A stretch of DNA of 64,000 nt from an uncultured Steroidobacteraceae bacterium (GTDB taxonomy: Bacteria; Pseudomonadota; Gammaproteobacteria; Steroidobacterales; Steroidobacteraceae): positions 107,293 to 171,292 of the forward strand of contig CAYORU010000003.1 of NCBI GenBank assembly GCA_964406445.1, written 5' to 3'. Below the pieces are notes generated by a model. It was not told the DNA's origin, did not search any database, and saw only the letters and a list, made by a program, of their open reading frames with translations. Made by a program: the position numbers and the translations under genes. Shown piece after piece: positions 62,286 through 64,000 of this stretch. The stretch's first letter is position 1. Each line of letters begins with the position of its first letter.

Positions 62286-63475
62286 CAGAGTTCCCTCAGG
62301 CCCGCCGTCACCGGCAGCCGGGCAGCGCGCAACGCGGGCAGCAGGCCACCGACCAGCCCGAGCAGCAGCGCGTAGACGAGGCCCGTGAGCATCAGCGCCG
62401 GCGTCACGGTGAAGGCGAAGGCCACCTGGCTGAAGCTCTGGAAGTTGAGCGTCGAGGCCTGTGCGCCGTTGAAGCCGAGGTACGCCAGCACCCCGCCCAG
62501 CACCCCGCCGAGCAGGCCGAGCAGGAGCGCCTCGAACACCACCGAGGCGACCACCGGAGTCGCGCCGAAGCCGAGCGCCCTCAGCGTCGCGATCTCGCGG
62601 GTGCGCGTGGCCACGGCCGAGTACATGGTGTTGAGCGCCGCGAACACGGCGCCGACGCCCATCAGCAGCGCGATCAGCACGCCGAGCGTGCGCACGATCG
62701 CGACCAGCACCTGGCTCTGGCTCTCGAGGAACTCGCGCTCGGTGCGCACCGTCAGGTTGAAGCGCGGGTCGGCGGCGATGTGCCGCTCGAGGCCCTGCAC
62801 CTGCCCCGGCCCCGGCAGCTTCACGCGAACAGACTGGTAGGAATTGCCGCGGTTGTAGGCGCCCTGCAGCACGGTCGCGTCGGTCCAGATCTCCGACTCC
62901 GCGACGCTGCCGCCGTCCTCGAAGATGCCGGTGACGAGCCATGGCGTGCGGCCGAACAGCACCTCGCGCCCGACCGCGAGGCCGCCGAACTGCGCCGCGG
63001 CGCCGCGGCCGACGATGACTTCGTTCATGCCGCGGCGGAACGGCCGGCCCTCGACGATGCGGAACTCGCGGCGGATCGCCGCGGCCTGCGGCCCCACCCC
63101 ACGCAGCGGCACGTTGGCCTTGGTGCCGGTCGAGCGCATCGGCAGGTCGACGATCACGTAGAGCTCCGGTGAGACCAGCGGCCCGTCCGGGCCCGGCACG
63201 AGCCCGGGCGCATCGGCCAGGTAGCGCGCCGCCTCGAGCGGCAGGCCGCTCGCCAGCTCGTCGCTCGAGCCGCCGCGCAGCACGATCGCCACGTCCTCCT
63301 GCCCGGACAGCGCGAGCGCGGCGCGAAAGCCCTCGCTGATGGACAGGACCGCGACCAGCACGGCGACCACGCCGCCGATCCCGACCACCGCGACGGCGGC
63401 GGTGCCGAGCCGCTGCGGCAGCGCCGCGAGGCTCATCGCGGTCACCGCCGTCACCTGCCTGAGCGTCCCGGCCAT
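62285..63475 (-). CDS. ABC transporter permease, FtsX/MacB type
   Basis: N-terminal TM, a large periplasmic domain, then an FtsX domain (REIATLRALGFGATPV...LLGLLGGVLG...). 396 aa. Confidence 0.85.
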   Translation of the reverse strand: MAGTLRQVTAVTAMSLAALPQRLGTAAVAVVGIGGVVAVLVAVLSISEGFRAALALSGQEDVAIVLRGGSSDELASGLPLEAARYLADAPGLVPGPDGPLVSPELYVIVDLPMRSTGTKANVPLRGVGPQAAAIRREFRIVEGRPFRRGMNEVIVGRGAAAQFGGLAVGREVLFGRTPWLVTGIFEDGGSVAESEIWTDATVLQGAYNRGNSYQSVRVKLPGPGQVQGLERHIAADPRFNLTVRTEREFLESQSQVLVAIVRTLGVLIALLMGVGAVFAALNTMYSAVATRTREIATLRALGFGATPVVASVVFEALLLGLLGGVLGGVLAYLGFNGAQASTLNFQSFSQVAFAFTVTPALMLTGLVYALLLGLVGGLLPALRAARLPVTAGLREL

Positions 63476-64000
63476 CAGGCGCGCCTCAGCGCCTCGACCA
63501 CGGGCAGGCGCAGGGCGTAGACGGCCGGCGCCGCGCCGGCGAGCACGCCGAGCAGGACCATCAGCCCGATCGCCTCGGCGTAGGCGCGGCCGGGGATGTA
63601 CCAGGCCGGCAGGTAGCCCTGCAGCGCCGCCTCCGAGGCCCCGACCGCGAACCAGGCGCAGACGAGCCCGACGAGGCCGCCCACCATGGTGAGGAGCACG
63701 GACTCGGCCAGCACCAGCGCCGTCACCCCGCGGCCGGTGAAGCCGAGCGTCTTCAGCACGCCGAGCTCGGCGGTGCGCTCGCGCACCGACTGGGCCATGG
63801 TGTTCGCCGTCACCAGCAGCATGGTGAAGAACACCGCCGACAACACCCCGGTCAGGATCGCGCCGATGTTGCCGACCTGGTTGACGAAGCCCTGCGCGAA
63901 GGCCTTCTCGGTCGAGGTCTCGGTCTCGTAGGGCGAGTTGGCGAACTGCTCGTCGATCTCGCGCGCCACGCGCGCCGCGTCGTCAGGGTTGGCGAGCTGC
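63475..64000 (-). CDS. ABC transporter permease, FtsX/MacB type (3' part only; continues beyond the right edge)
   Basis: C-terminal FtsX domain RTAELGVLKTLGFTGRGVTALVLAESVLLTMVGGLVG. The reading frame is open to the window end. Confidence 0.8.
   Translation of the reverse strand, partial: QLANPDDAARVAREIDEQFANSPYETETSTEKAFAQGFVNQVGNIGAILTGVLSAVFFTMLLVTANTMAQSVRERTAELGVLKTLGFTGRGVTALVLAESVLLTMVGGLVGLVCAWFAVGASEAALQGYLPAWYIPGRAYAEAIGLMVLLGVLAGAAPAVYALRLPVVEALRRA

Overview
High-GC chromosomal segment (about two-thirds to 70% G+C by eye, not computed) with gammaproteobacterial-type synteny. I call about 68 CDS and 3 tRNAs. I found no rRNA, CRISPR array, integrase, transposase or obvious prophage or defence-island genes.

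Most of the window is core metabolism arranged in long co-directional, tightly packed arrays:
- A complete ccmABCDEFGHI cytochrome c maturation operon.
- aceB-aceA-udg-uvrC-pgsA followed by tRNA-Gly, tRNA-Cys and tRNA-Leu.
- fumC-nudL-mazG-pepSY-RR-HK-hrpA.
- purB-GNAT-hyp-nudix-mnmA-acnA-cobB-HAD-msrPQ.
- FtsX permease x2-SGNH hydrolase-fadH-ygjP.

Stretches that look accessory or unusual:
1. A class I DAHP synthase plus DMT/EamA transporter pair bracketed by two PIN-type toxin-antitoxin loci. The left one overlaps the msrQ 3' end, and a roughly 330 nt lower-GC non-coding scar lies beside it.
2. A 1.1 kb two-gene insertion (a small Met-less CxxCH cytochrome and an unknown membrane protein) splitting the otherwise conserved tRNA Gly-Cys-Leu operon.
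3. A PHA-like cluster (MaoC dehydratase, TLC/MFS-like transporter, PhaF-like phasin, TetR) with no PHA synthase in view.
4. An S41-peptidase-like lipoprotein that seems to lack the catalytic Ser. It sits next to orphan secreted proteins and a two-component system, downstream of a roughly 45% GC structured intergenic region.
5. A recurring TTGC..GCAA palindrome at the aceB and class II DAHP synthase promoters.

I cannot point to a clear-cut novel multi-gene system. The TA-bracketed module and the tRNA-operon insertion are the best leads.

Many very long ORFs in the six-frame track are antisense or read-through artefacts of the high GC content and were rejected. Start codons were refined by hand from the track, so coordinates of small motifs may be off by 1-2 nt.
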